A DNA stretch of 64,000 bases from Torpedo marmorata (GCA_977017645.1 OZ360220.1:297972001-298036000), one strand, 5' to 3'. Numbered from the stretch's first letter, positions 50,642 to 64,000 are shown. Numbers and translations: made by a program. Notes: generated by a model from the letters alone, not told the origin.

Positions 50642-52551
50642 CAATGTTCCCTCTAATTTTTAGTAGTAGTCAGTGTGTGCAAAAATCTTATGTTGTGCAA
50701 ATTTTTTTCCTGTGACAAAAGTATGTGCGCACTGAATGCTTGTGCAAATGTAAACTTGAAATTGTTTCAAGATAATTTTGGCACAGCCTATCTCTCATGG
50801 CTAATAAAACTGTATTGGCATGTTTTAATATAATACAAGTATGATTGCATTCTAATAAGTAACGTATTTAGTTAAGATTTTATTTTATAGGAAATTTTTG
50901 TGGAAAGGAAAGTTAGCAAGAGCAAGTATGGAAAAGTTAACTTGGAATTATGAGTTGGGTGGATTGCAACCCTAATTTTCAAAATTATTATAAAGCAGCT
51001 CAATTAAAATTTGTTAATGAATTTTTCGATTTAAATAAAACTTCGGCTTGGATTAAAATAGAATTAAATAATATAGGAGAGAATTTTAAAGAAGAGATTA
51101 TCTATAAATGGGATTCTAAATTAATATCAGTAAAAAAGAAAAATTCACCGATTATTAAACATTTGTTAGAAATATGGGGTAAGTTGGATAAAGAGATAGG
51201 TGGAAGAGGATTAATTTCTTTAAATATGCCTTTATATCAAAATGGACTTATTCCATTTACTATTAATAATCAGTTATTTAGAATTTGGTTTCAAAAAGGT
51301 ATTAAGAAGATTAATGATTGTTTTGAAGCTGGAAGACTTATCACGTTTCAAAGAATGAAAGATAAATTCAATATATTAGATAATACATTTTTAGCTTATT
51401 ATCAAGTTAAAGCTTTTTTAATCGAGAAATTAGGTCATGCTTTGATTTTACCAAGACAAAATGAATTAGAATTATTAGTTACTAATGGAGAAGTTAATAA
51501 ATTTATTTCTCAAATGTATAAATTGTTTCAAAGGAAAATGCCTAAAGTAGGAATTCATAAATCAAGATTAAAGTGGGAATTAGATTTGAATATACGAATA
51601 GATGAGAATCATTGGAAAGAATTATGTAAATTAAGTATGACGAAGATTATTAATGTTAGATATAGATTAGTACAATATAACTTTTTTCATCAATTATATT
51701 TAACACCAAAAAAATTAAAGAAATTTAATCCGACATTATCAGGTTTATGTTTTAGATGTAATAATGAGGAAGGTTCTTTTGTACATTCTACATGGTTTTG
51801 TCCAAAGATTCAAGATTTTTGGTTGAAAGTAAAAAAAATTTTAGATAAAGTATTTAATATTACATTTCCAATGGATCCTATGTTATTCTTATTTGGAGAT
51901 ATTAGAAAATTTAGTATTAAAAAGAAATTAAATATGTTTCAAGTAGAATTTTTACGAATTGCTTTAGCAGTTTCAAAAAAATGCATTGCTATTACTTGGA
52001 AATCTGATTTAGATTTAGGATTAGAAAGATGGCATGCAGAACTTCGTTCGTGTATACCACTGGAAAAAATTACTTATAATCTACGTAATAAATATCATTT
52101 CTTTTTGAAAATTTGGAGCCCATATATGAGAGCTGTGGGTTTAAGGATTTGAAGATCTCTAGATATCGGATCTGCTTGCAAACTTGACCTCTGTAATAGA
52201 ATTAGTTTATAGATGATATTCCCCTCATTCTATCTTTTCCTTTCTTTCTTTTTTCTATTTTTATTTTTATTGTTACTTTATTATTAGATTAGTGGGGATG
52301 GGGGGGTTAGGGAGGGGAGGGAGTGAAAATATATCACATGTATTTTGATAATTTTATATTTTATTCTATGTATTTTGTGATTTAAAAGTTTAAATAAAAT
52401 TTTAAAAACTAAAAATAAAAAAAAAATGTTTATTTTATACTTTGAACTACATTATTTTAGGTAACTAACCTTTTGTGCGCACATTAATTTCCTTTGTGCC
52501 CTGGTTGCAAAACGTGTGTGCGCATACGCGCACAGCTTAGAAGGAACAGTG
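50642..52551. mobile_element. hAT-type MITE interrupted by an L1 insertion
   Basis: TIR CAATGTTCCCTCTAA / TTAGAAGGAACAGTG; TSD (T/C)TCACAGG at 50634-50641 and 52552-52559. Confidence 0.75.
50891..52427 (+). mobile_element. L1-clade LINE 3' 1.5 kb (ORF2 C-terminal domain still open)
   Basis: 400-aa ORF 50950-52152: PNFQNYYKAAQL, W..KGI, KWELDL, CFRC..HSTWFC; AATAAA and poly(A); candidate TSD TTTATTTTATA. Confidence 0.9.
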
Positions 52552-53100
52552 CTCACAGGAACCTCCCAGACCAACAGAACAGTCAGGTTGCTTCAACAAT
52601 CTTCATATTATGTCATTTTGTTGCATTTTTTAATAAAATTTCTTTTGAAAAATATTTATTTAGTAAAAATAAATGCTGGAACATTAAACTGTTTATAGTT
52701 CCAAAGCTGTGAGAGTTCATAGCTTCCAATGTGCTTGAAAGCCCGTTAATGTCTTTTTTAAATGTTGTACAATTTGTGCCAGCACCAGGCTTTTTTTCAA
52801 TCAGTTCCAAGTGAAACAAAAAACATTCATAATCCTTCTTGGCACCCAGCTGTTGTCTTCCTAAATCTGCACTCTCTTAACCAGCTCTTTATTACCATGG
52901 CTAAAGAAATAACTTGTTTTTAAAATGCAGCGCCTTGCTAACCACAGGCTTAAAATCATATTTAAGTCTGGCACTACAAAAAAAAACTAGGATTAAAAAT
53001 TGGCATGCCATACTTATGAAAACATTCTGTGTGTTAGTGAGGGTAAAAGAGCTCACTGCTGTTTAATCCAGGCCTCTATCTGCTTGTTCAGGAAGATACT

Positions 53101-53579
53101 TACCATTTTTACACAGAGGTAATGGGATTTTTCCGTCACCAATATGCATACTTACCCTCCGGAGTGGCCGTTCACACAGGATGGAGGTTTACACTGACCT
53201 GCGGCATGTTGGTGATTCCGGAGGGTGGACGTGGGTCGACGGCAACTGAGGAGGGAACGAGAAGGTGGGTTGAGGGAGCGGGAGGCACGGCAGATTGAAC
53301 CCCCTGGAGAGATGGCCGGAGAGGTTGGAAGAAGGTCGAGGGGATTTGGAGGGGCAGAGGCAGGAAGAGGGAGACCGTCATCAGGTACGTCGTATTTTTG
53401 CGGACCGCCTGCAGTTGGATTTAGACTGCAGGCACTCCGCAAATATTACTAGGGCTGCCGCAGGAAAAATGTCGGGACGGAAATCATTTTGTGATTTCTG
53501 TCACGACATTTTTACACAGCCAGCAGAACGTGAAATTTCCGACAAATTTCCGTTATGCTGGGGATGTGTAAAAATGGTA
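53101..53579. mobile_element. Harbinger-like MITE
   Basis: TIR TACCATTTTTACACA / TGTGTAAAAATGGTA; related to 42869-43230. Confidence 0.65.
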
Positions 53580-53597
53580 ATAGACTACCCTGTGACA

Positions 53598-53812
53598 CCA
53601 GTCCTGGCTAACAGTTGTTCCTACCAAGACCACCAGAGGAATAAAAACAAATAACTGGTCATTTATCACATTGCCAATTGAGAGTCCTTGTGTATACATC
53701 ACGTTTACCTATGTACCAACAGTGATGGGCACTTCAAAAATAATTGATAGAGAGATGTATTGGACAAACTGAACATGTGAAAGGCGGCATACAAATACAT
53801 CCATTTTCTTTA
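53598..53812 (+). mobile_element. Old Deu-domain SINE relic
   Basis: GTCCTGGC.AACA..AAAACA.AT.ACTGGTCATTTATCACATTGC..AACAGTGA..CACTTCAAAA..GTGAAAGGCG..ATA.AAAT. Confidence 0.6.
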
Positions 53813-55220
53813 CATTGTCATCATGCTTGGTTAGAGTATAGTCTGTACAGCACTTCCAGCTTTGCTCAGATATCAAAATGGGGAAATGACAAGTACTGTA
53901 TCAAAGATTTTGGTGCGCTAATACTGATACATTGACAACACTATTTGATGAAACCTACTGACAGCCATGGCTTATGGCTTCAAGCAAAGACTTAAAGTGA
54001 CAGCTACTGTGCCTATCTTCTTTAGCTTTCACCAATGCACGGATTTGTCCATCTACTTTGTGCAGAGTTTACTTCAAACAACATACACAGGTACTGTATA
54101 TGTATCCGTTTTTTTTTCTTTAAACAAGGTGGTTATGTGTATACTTTACACTGGCTCTCCCAGCCCTCACTCTGTGTCACTGCCTTACATTCTTTATCCT
54201 CAGCATATAATTCAAACACAAATACTTCAATCATGTGCTTAGAGACCAGTGCTTTTCTGTAAACAAGACTAATGGAGTGCAACTAATAGACTTCTCCAGG
54301 AGTATGGTTCGTTAACAGGGTCTTTTTGTCAGCAATCACTGAAGCAAAGTCGCCTTTTGCTTGGATAGGAGAAAAATCCCCATTCCCAGAAAAGCCTTCA
54401 CTTTGCTGGTTACACATTGACTTGCCTGAATATGTGTCAGCATTATACAATCAGCACCTTATCTTCCTTGCAGAGCACATGTTCAATTCAAAAACTCAGG
54501 CCTATTTACTTCTTCAAGTTCACAGGCAGTACAATTTTGTTCTGCAGTGTTAATTGAACCTTAATACCTTTACAATGTAATTAGTCAAAAATGTTTTTTT
54601 TTTGCAAAATAACAGTCAGTTACTTAACCCTTAGCAGTGAGAGAGACCAGGGAGTAGAGATACTGGGTCAAGTATGATTACTCAGTACCACATTTATCAG
54701 TGGATTGGGATGCTACAGTCTTTCCCATAACTTCCTGTGTGCCAATTAGTTGGACATGTCTTGATCAAGGATGTCTATCCATTGCTCGTAAGGTCACCCT
54801 CTGGTTTCTGTTGATGTCCGCTCGAGCAATTTCTTAAAGAGCCTTTTCTCATCTGTCCAATGTGCACGTCCAACCTTCTTTAGGCTAATCTTCTTGGTAA
54901 TGCTGAACACTGGCTGAATCTTCCTGAAGCAGTGATTGTGATTTGAATTTACCATCATATCCCTGAAACGGGACAGACAGAAAATAGGGTTGTAACGAGT
55001 CCAACCTTGTATTATAGACCAAAGAATCTCAACCATATTCTCAGTCTTGGTGAAACAATTTGGATTTCTGTTAGATGTATGGTTAAAGCAGTCATTCATA
55101 TTGCCATGGGCTCCTGAGTCTCTGCAGTTCTTGGAAAGCTACATTTACTCTTGTCTCTTGCTGACTCCCATTAGTATTTAATTCCCAAAGCAAATGTAAT
55201 TTCTACCTCTTTCAGAGTAA

Positions 55221-56708
55221 TGCCGGCAACGGTAGTGGAGGTGGATACGTTAGGGTCCTTTAAGAGACTTTTGGATAGGTACATAGAAAAATAGAGGGCT
55301 ATGGGAAAGCCCAGTAATTTCTACGGTAGGGACATGTTCGGCACAACTTTGTGGGCCGAAGGGCCTGTATTGTGCTGTAAGTTTTCTATGTTTCTAATTT
55401 GCAATATGTGTGAAATAAGGCAGATGACTTTAATGATTTTGATTAACTGGCTGGTTTTTTAAGGTTCTGGATATATATTTAATCTGTAGCACAAATTGGA
55501 TATGCAGTATATGGAATTTATTATCCAGGATTGTAAGCTGATCTGAAAATTGCAGTATCCATCAGAAGGTAATCAGCACATAAACTATCTGTCAAAGTTG
55601 GACTTTATACTAATCCATGGAAGTTGATAATGAGAAATCACTTGGTCCAATTGCATGGATGTAGGATGGCAATACTCTTTTTTTGAATATTTTATTTAAA
55701 TTTTTAATAATACAATTTTACCCCATCCCCCCCCCACAAAATATGCATTTATATCACAAATATATATAAATATTAAAAATATAGAAAAAAAAAGAGAAAA
55801 AATAAATGTTTGGATTGCATAGAGGCACATCTCAACATATATAAATACATTTAGAGAATGATCTTGCATTTCTGGAGGTGTTTAAAATCTCTTTACAAAT
55901 TTAATCTCATTATTTGGGTGTACGGGCATAATATTTGCAAAAAGGTAGAATATTTATTCCTCAAATTATATGTAATTTTTTTCTAAAGGAATACAACTTT
56001 GAATTTCAGCATGCCACCTTTGCATATCCAAAGATGTATTGCTGTGACTTTGAAATCTGATACATCTTTGGATATGCAATGCAAAATTTTATTTTTTTCT
56101 CTTTTTTTTTCTATTTTCTCTTTTTTTAATACTTATAGATATTTGTGATACAAATGCATATTTTGTTGGGGGGGTTGGGGGAGGGATGGGGTAAAATTGT
56201 ATTATTAAAAATTTAAATAAAATATTCAAAAATTCAAAATTGGTATTCAAATATTACCATCCATGCAATTGGACCATGTGATTTCTCACTATCAACTTCC
56301 ATGGATTAGTATAAAGTCTAACTTTGACAGATAGTTTATGTGCTGATTACCTTCTGATGGATACTGCAATTTTCAGATCAGCTTACAATCCTGGATAAAA
56401 AATTCCATATAATGCAATTTGTGCTACAGATTAAATATATATCCAGAACTTTAAAAAACCAGCCAGTTAATCAAAATCATTAAAGTCATCTGCCTTAACA
56501 GAATGGTAGGTTATTTCACACATATTGCAAATTAGAAACATAGAAAACTTACAGCACAATACAGGCCCTTCGGCCCACAAAGTTGTGCCGAACATGTCCC
56601 TACCTTAGAAATTACTGGGCTTTCCCATAGCCCTCTATTTTTCTATGTACCTATCCAAAAGTCTCTTAAAGGACCCTAACGTATCCGCCTCCACTACCGT
56701 TGCCGGCA
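55221..56708. repeat. Large inverted duplication (palindrome), arms ~600 bp, spacer ~250 bp
   Basis: 55221-~55821 is the reverse complement of ~56072-56708; each arm has a CR1 tail, unique sequence and an L1 tail. Confidence 0.92.
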
Positions 56709-56771
56709 GCCCATTCCACGCACCCACCACTCTGCGTAAAAAACTTACCCCTGACACCTCCTCTGTACCTA

Positions 56772-57470
56772 CTCCCCAGCAATGAAAGTAAGCATGCAGG
56801 TACAGCAGGCAGTGAAGAAGGCTAATGGCATGTTGGACTTCATAACAAGGGGAGTTGAGTATAGGAGCAGGGAGGTCCTTCTGCAGTTGTACAGGGCCCT
56901 GGTGAGACCACACCTGGAGTATTGCGTACAGTTTTGGTCTCCAGGTTTGAGGAAAGATATTCTTGCCATTGAGGGAGTGCAGCGTAGGTTCACGAGGTTG
57001 ATTCCCGGGATGGCGGGACTGTCATATGTAGAAAGATTGGAGCAGTTGGGCTTGTATACACTGGAATTTAGAAGGATGAGAGGGGATCTGATTGAAACAT
57101 ATAAGATTATTAAGGGATTGGACACACTAGAGGCAGGAAACATGTTCTCGATGTTGGGGGAGTCGAGAACCAGAGGCCACAGTTTAAGAATAAGGGGTAG
57201 GCCATTTAGAACGGAGTTGGGAAAAAACTTTTTCACCCAGAGAGTTGTGGATCTGTGGAATGCTCTGCCTCAGAAGGCAGTGGAGGCCAATTCTCTGGAT
57301 GCTTTCAAGAAAGAGTTAGATAGAGCTCTTAAGGATAGCGGAGTCCAGGGATATGGGGAGAAGGCAGGAACGGGGTACTGATAGTGGATGATCAGCCATG
57401 ATCACAGTGAATGGCGGTGCTGGCTCGAAGGGCCGAATGGCCTACTCCTGCACCTATTGTCTATTGTCTA
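56772..57470 (+). mobile_element. CR1 (HER1-like) LINE 3' end, young
   Basis: Open 199-aa ORF 56782-57381 (LYRALVRPHLEYCVQFWSP...FFTQRVVDLWNALP); tail GGCCGAATGGCCTACTCCTGCACCTATTGTCTATTGTCTA. Confidence 0.92.
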
Positions 57471-58936
57471 CACCCGTGTCCTCTTGTGGCAACCATTTCA
57501 GCCCTGGGAAAAAGCCTCTGACTATTTACACGATCAATGCCTCTCATCATCTTAAACACATCTATCAGGTCAAATATTTCCATACTGTTCATAATCCACA
57601 ATCCGGTAGAAAGTGACCGAGTTTCCAAATGTCTTTTTTTGTTCAAATATCTGTTCAAACCCATTTGTTTACAACTTTTATGTAAAGCAACCCATAACCT
57701 TTCACAGACAGACACTTGGTTAAGAGTGTGTTTTTTTAAAATTGTTTTTAAAAGTATTTTGGATGTGTCTAAGAATGGAACCTGGTGGGGATTATTCAAA
57801 ACAAGTATTTTAATAACTTTCCATTCTGACACCCTCAGTGAAGCCCATTTTAAATAAATATATTTAGAGAACTATAGATCAGTATTTAGTATTTTCATTG
57901 ATCTTCAATTAACTCAATAATTCTCTCTGATAGACCGATGAAAATGCCAAATTTAATAAGTATCTTTTCATGTCTTATCATCTAAAAAAAAACTAAATAA
58001 CCTCCTTGAAGGTCTGTATGTCATCACAGTTAGGAACCACCTATGGTGAGTTCCTGAGAGAATTTCTTGACGCGATGATCACGGAAACTTAACTTGCATG
58101 GGCGTAGCTGGCACTTGAAATTCACTTGGTGCTCATTTTGACAGATTTTGGACAAATTGACCTGACAGTTCCAGCACAAACCAGGAAAAACTCTAAGCTA
58201 TTAATGAATACTTTGGATATAAAAACCACTAAGTAAAAAATGGATAGAAAGTGGGTGAGTTTGGATACTATCCAATTTCTAAAGTTAGTATTTTCAAGGT
58301 TTGGTTGTACAATGTGTTCAATGGGTAGTCATGTTTTGTAACTTCTATACGTCCATTTTTCTTTTCCCCTTACCACTAATACTAAATTCTTCCTGTGACT
58401 GTGCATCAGGTGAGCACTCTAGACAATAGGCTTTGACAAATTACTATGTATCATGGATACTCATAGCCAAGCCTAATCATATTCAATGTGTCCATTTCAC
58501 TTTGAAGCACAAACAGGTTCTCTGAGCCAACTTTTCCTTTTTTCTGGCCAATAGTGGCATCCTGCTCAGGCCACATATCCCAAAAATATTTAACTACAAA
58601 GACATTGCAAAATGTTGCCATGTTGCATTTTGAGTGAATATTACAATTAATTTAAATGTAAAGTGCATGACATTAACTGTCAAATTATCATGAGAAATAT
58701 TCTGCCTGTTACTTCATTCTCAGGAGATAGTCAATATAGCATGGTTTTTGTTTTTAACAAGTGGACAGAAATTAGAACTTCAAAATTATATTTTTTACAG
58801 CAGGGGTGTAAAGTCAGGGGACTTTGATCTGTGTTCCAGAACTCCAGAGTTGGTTGTATCAAAGAAGATCACAATATATCCCCGGTTATCTATTATCCAT
58901 TCACTTGTTTCATGTCACTTTTCTCTCAGTATTCAT

Positions 58937-59363
58937 CAGGGTCGGCACCAAGGGGGGGGCATTCGCGGACATTGCCCCCCCAAGCGAGGTGCTGTGCCCC
59001 CATACGCTCGCGGCCATCGCTCGCCGTCAGACCCGCCCCCACCCTCGTCACTAGCTTGCGTCAATCGTCGCTAGCGTCTAGCTTCACACACGATAGTGAC
59101 TCTCCACCTGCACCCGCCCGCGTCACTAGCGTGCGTCAAGAGTCACTAACGTCTAGCTTGACACACGCTAGAGACTCTCCATGCAGTAAAAGCAGCGCTT
59201 TCGTCTGCTACGTCGGAGGGATGGAGGATGTTAACGTTCGTTCGTCATGTAGGTACCAGCACCCCCCCCCCACCACACTGAGCGAGTTTACAAGTTTTGT
59301 ACTGTGCCCCCCCCCCGGTTACTCTAATGCCCCCCTCTAACACTTGTACTGGTGCTAACCCTG
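58937..59363. mobile_element. hAT MITE with perfect 8-bp TSD
   Basis: TIR CAGGGT(CG/TA)GCACCA; TSD GTATTCAT at 58929-58936 and 59364-59371; internal ~60-bp duplicated CGTCACTAGC unit. Confidence 0.88.
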
Positions 59364-60084
59364 GTATTCATGGCTGAATAAATGCCATAAAGTCACACTG
59401 TTCAAGGCCAAGTACCCTGACGTTGCCTCTGCTCAGTTTTCCCAATGTAGTTAGCTTGGTCATTGTACTGGTGTTTCACAAAGTTAATGGTGTTGTTTAA
59501 GATCTAACTGCCATTGCAAGTCTAATAAATACCTTTCTGGACAAAGATTTGCATCATAACATTTAACTGCTAGGCAGAGTGCACTGCTTCTGACAAGTAA
59601 TTTATAGATTAAAAAAAACAACCATGTGAGTATCATCCAAGAGTAGAGCACAGATTTGGTGTACTAAATTACTGATCACACTTTGCCCTTATCTCAAACA
59701 TTGGGCCCTTCCACTGATATGCTCAACCTGGATGGCACATCAAGCCCTTACAGAACAGACAAGAACATTATTGCCTTGGACTAGAGACTGTAGGACTAGA
59801 GCCAATCAATCAATCTTCTGACAGCTTTTACAACCTCTTTACGCAGCCCAATTTGGCCTGCAGGCTTCTTTGTTCATTTTTCTCCTTTCACTCTGCCAAG
59901 GCCAATCAGCGTGGTGATTTGCAGAGACACAGCACCATTGTAAACAGCAGAATTCTTTTAAGTTATTTGTGAATCAGCCGAAAGACTACAGTAGCTTCAA
60001 AATGACACAACAATGTTTCACAAACAGTAAAAATATTTCATTGTCCAAAATAGTAAATCACTAATATATGTTTTAGTTGTAATT

Positions 60085-60576
60085 CTTTATTTTTTTTTAG
60101 ACATATAGCACAGTAATAGGCCATTTCGGTCCACGGGTCCGTGCCGCCCAATTTACACCCAATTAACCTACACCCCCGGTACATTTTGAACGGTGGGAGG
60201 AAACCGGAGCCCCCTGGGAAAACCCACGCAGACACGGGGAGAGCGTACAAACTCCTTACAGACAGCGGTAAAACACGAAAATCTGTTGACACCGTGGTTG
60301 AAGTAAAAACCACAAATGCTGGAGAAACTCAGCAGGTCAAACAGTGTCTTTTATGTAGCAAAGGTAAAAATACATAACCGACGTTTTGGGCTTGAGCCCT
60401 TCATCAAAGTATGAGAGTTGGCGCCTCCATACCAGACAGTGATGCAACCAGCCAGAATGCTCTCCACGGTACACCTGTAGAAGTTTTCGAGAGTCTTCGG
60501 TGACATACCGAATCTCCTCAGATACCTCACAAAGTATAGCCGCTGGTGAGTCTTCTTCGTGATTGCATCAATGTCA
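60085..60576 (-). mobile_element. Contiguous V-SINE 3' part (60085-60268), PLE tail with hammerhead (60269-60415) and Rex1 fragment (60416-60576)
   Basis: Each piece matches other copies in this window; all are minus strand; the hammerhead copy has G12 mutated. Confidence 0.8.
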
Positions 60577-60885
60577 CGAAGGGTCTTCCAATCTATTTTG
60601 AGCTCCCTAACAGGGCAAATGAGTGAGGGATAAAGTAGAGTAACAAGGAGACCAATAGGAACAGGTTCTGGCAACTCAAAACATTTGCTTTAAAGGGGAG
60701 CTGAAGAAAAGTACTGCTGGGTGTGGCTGTCACTGGGATCAGTGCAAGAGATCAGGAAGATTTTTCGTTTGATCTCAAGCCTGTGTTGACTCCTGAATAC
60801 GACTGGGATTGTCTGATCTCGGAAGCAGGCACAGGAATGGTCAGTACTTGGAGGGGAGACCGCCCGGGAACACCAGGTGCTGTAG

Positions 60886-61018
60886 TTTTCTGTGAGGGGC
60901 GCCGGACAAAGTAGCGACCCTCTGTCTGCCTTACAGTAGACAAAAATTAAAGAATTTCATGTATGTTACATTCTAAATGTAGTATTACGTGACAATAATG
61001 GAACCTTTACCTTTTACC
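60886..61018 (+). mobile_element. Headless copy of the tRNA-Thr SINE body
   Basis: TTTCTGTGAGGGGC..GGACAAAGTAGCGAC..GTATTACGTGACAATAATGGAACCTTTACC matches the reverse complement of 39538-39666. Confidence 0.8.
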
Positions 61019-63099
61019 TGATCTTCTTCAGTTGGCTTGGGGTTGTACAATTAGTTGCATCCCCTCTGAATTCCCAAGGGAAATGACTCCTAATTGCTAT
61101 GCTGTCTGGTGACTGACTGAGGACAGAATTGTGGTCAGTATTCACCCATAATGTTTCTCAGTAAATAATTACTTGGCCCAAGGGCAATAGCCACCTGCGG
61201 ATGTCAGTGGCTGTGAATGTCTTTGGGTAGATGAAGAGATGGAGAAAAAACTGAGAAATAAAGTGCTACTGAATAATTCTCAAATTCTGTAAAAGAAAAT
61301 AAGTATAATTTATTTCACTCAGAATGAAAAATCTATTAATGTTATTGACTGCAATAAAAATAAATGTTAAACTCTTGAACCGTCCAGTTTTAAAGTATTT
61401 GAAAAGGGCACAGATGCTGCATGCAATAAAAGCTGAAGGTAGCTGATGATTTTCATCCAACCCTGCTTCAGTGCCTGTCACACCTGCCACATTTGTTGTG
61501 ACCGAGTCCTCCGATAAGACATGACAGCTCATTTCAGCAAGCCTGTCAGACACTGAATCTCTGCAATCACTGGCAGCCAAAAGTGGGAATCTGTATGCCA
61601 ATTCCATCCCATCTTTCAGACTGCCTGTTCAACATTAACTGACTGCACTGCAGCCGTCCGTAAAGGACAGTTTACCAGTTCCTGCTCAACTGAAACAAAC
61701 GTTTGTTTATCTTGGCATGCAAGTCAGGAAAGCAGTGTCTTATAGTGAGTGCTGAAGTGTGTGCACAATGTCTGGAGTTACAAGACAAAAACCACCAATA
61801 TTTTCAGTTCAGTCTGATGGTTGATGTCATTTGCAACATCATTTCTGAGGCCTCACTAACACCTGAGAAGACATAATTTACAAAATGACATCCAGGACTT
61901 CAACTGAAATTAATCCAAAGCCTTTCTGCTTCAGATAAACAGTAGGATTTCTCCATTCCTGTCTGCCGTCACAAAAGCTAAAAGGTTTCAGCAATCCACA
62001 TTTTTTACAGTTCATTTTCAAGCACATTCTAAGTGTGGTATTAAAATGCAATTTGATTTGTGGTTTTTGCACGTCCTCTGTATTATCCTCCTTGAAGAAC
62101 GGACAGGACTGATGAAGTATTTAAACAGATTAGTGAAATTCAGCTGGCCTGCAGAACAAGAGCTTCCCATCTGTTAAATTCCCCCAGACAGAAAGGCCTG
62201 TCTGTTTAACCATCACTCACATTCAAGCCACAGCTTACAAAGGGAGGGTGGAAATGGGGGTTGCGTGATGGAGAAGGAGTTACCTCTGAGCAGGATCCAC
62301 TGGGACCAAGCTGCACTGAGACTGAGAGGAATGATGAGACACTGTGCTGCAATCAGTGGTCACAAAAAACAAAATCGATCCACACGGAGTGCAGCTTATG
62401 GTTTAATGTCACATCAGCAAGTTTCAGGCACTTGATCTTGGCTGTGGATACCTTGGATTTAATGAACAGCTAGGTTCAATGTTGTTCGTAGTAGCAGACT
62501 GACATCCGTAGTGCATGAGTTCCACATGATACTGAACTGTGGTGATGGAGTTATCACTTTTTTCTTAAATACATTTCCAGATGTTCTACAGGAATAGCTA
62601 TAAAAAGGATCTTCTTAAAACAAAACCAACAGAGCGGAAAACTATTACACCATAATGGAAATAAAACTGTAGACGCCCTGAGGCAATTTCACTAGAAAAT
62701 TATTGCAAATTTTCATACTGTGTGTCTTCAATCCCAATGTTAACGAATTGAATACATTTTATTTCAATACCACACAAGATGCTTTCAATTAAGAACAAGA
62801 GTGAATTCTGTTAACTCTTTGAATCACAGACTCCATCAACAGGTATTGAATAATCTCCATTGAAGTTATTACTGAACCCCATACCATGGAACAGGTTTCA
62901 GGCAATATATGTGACAAATGCTACCTTAAAGAACCTCCTTAAATGCATCTCAAAAGCCAATAGATTGTACCACTAGACTTGCTGCAGAAACAAGTGTTTT
63001 AAGCAAAACACATCGCAGTTCAAATTTCTGCTTTTAGTATTGCTTGTACCAAGGCAAATGACACGGAAAAAAGAGACACATAAAAGACACATACAATTA

Positions 63100-63950
63100 T
63101 TTGGATAGCCAGAAGCTGCTTAGGGATAGTCAACATGGCTTTGTGCGTGGTAGGTCATGTATAACCAATCTTATAGTTTTTCGAGGAGGTTACCAGGAAA
63201 GTTGATGAAGGAAAGGCTATGGATGTTGTCTACATGGACTTCAGTAAGGCCTTTGACAAGGCACCACATGGGAGGTTAGTCAGGAAGGTTCAGACGCTCG
63301 ATATTCATGAAGCAGTGAACTGGATTCGACAATGGCTGGACGGGAGAAGCCAGAGAGTAGTGGTGGAAGATTGCTTCTCAGACTGGAGGCCTGTGACTCG
63401 TGGTGTGCCTCAGGGATCGGTGCTGGGACCATTGTTGTTTGTCATCTATATCAATGATTTTTTTAAAAAATTTAGACATACAGCACGGTAACAGGCCATT
63501 TAGGCCCACGAGTCCGTGCTGCCCAATTTACCCCAAATTAACCTACACCCCGGTACGTTTTGAACGGTGGGATGAAACCGGAGTCCCTGGAGAAAACCCA
63601 CGCAGACACGGGGAGAATGTACAAACTCCTTACAGACAGCGCGGGATTCGCTGGCGCTGTAAAGATGTTGCGCTAACTACTAAGCCAATTATCTGGATGA
63701 TAATGTGGTAAATTGGATCAGCAAGTTTGCAGATGACACTAAGATTGGAAGTGTTGTGGACAGCAAAGAAGGTTTTCAAAGCTTGGAGAGGGATCTGGAC
63801 CAGTTGGAAAAATGGGCTAAAAAATGGCAGATGGAATTTAATGCAGACAAGTGTGAGGTGCTGCATTTTGGAAAGACAAACCAAGAAAGGACATAAGCGG
63901 TAAATGGTAGGGCATTGAGAAGTGCGGTAGAACAGAGGGATCTGGGAATA
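63100..63950 (+). mobile_element. CR1 RT fragment interrupted by a V-SINE (~63460-63688, minus)
   Basis: QHGFV.GRSC.TNL, DVVYMDFSKAFDK.PH, GVPQGSVLGPLLF.IYIND, then KFADDTKIG after the SINE. Confidence 0.9.
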
Positions 63951-64000
63951 ATCAAGATTCAATTTATTGTCATAGTAATAAGACAGTGTCATATTCCATG

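Noticed and set aside
61266-61607. Minus-strand 113-aa ORF as a possible extra ZNF608 exon
   Set aside because: No resemblance to ZNF608/609 sequence that I recognise and no convincing splice-site pair; the expected upstream exon (..EGIVWHETEE) was not found in the window

Overview
Eukaryotic (vertebrate) genomic DNA, most likely a cartilaginous fish (shark/ray), judged from HE1-type V-SINEs, Deu-domain SacSINE-like relics and HER1/CR1 LINEs. The only protein-coding gene is the 3' part of ZNF608 on the minus strand. Seven exons can be phased with GT-AG boundaries (34085-34172, 30054-32541, 28106-28514, 27176-27348, 20553-20712, 20269-20350, and a terminal exon starting at 18899). A ~0.9 kb 3'UTR ends at AATAAA 17999-18004. 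Positions 34173-64000 appear to be one large intron and 1-17980 is downstream intergenic DNA. The rest is dense with TEs: Neptune-type Penelope-like elements (PLEs) carrying minimal hammerhead ribozyme motifs, CR1, Rex1/Babar and L1 fragments, several SINE families, and hAT, Tc1/mariner-pogo and Harbinger-like non-autonomous DNA transposons. There are three assembly gaps. The most notable items are hammerhead-bearing fold-back PLE minis, a tRNA-Thr-headed SINE with a Rex1-like tail, a 1.5 kb palindrome, a templated inverted insertion into a CR1, a perfect 34-bp intronic hairpin, and a ZNF608 donor site that also encodes a stop codon. Repeat boundaries without TSD/TIR support are approximate, and family assignments rest on recognition, not database searches.
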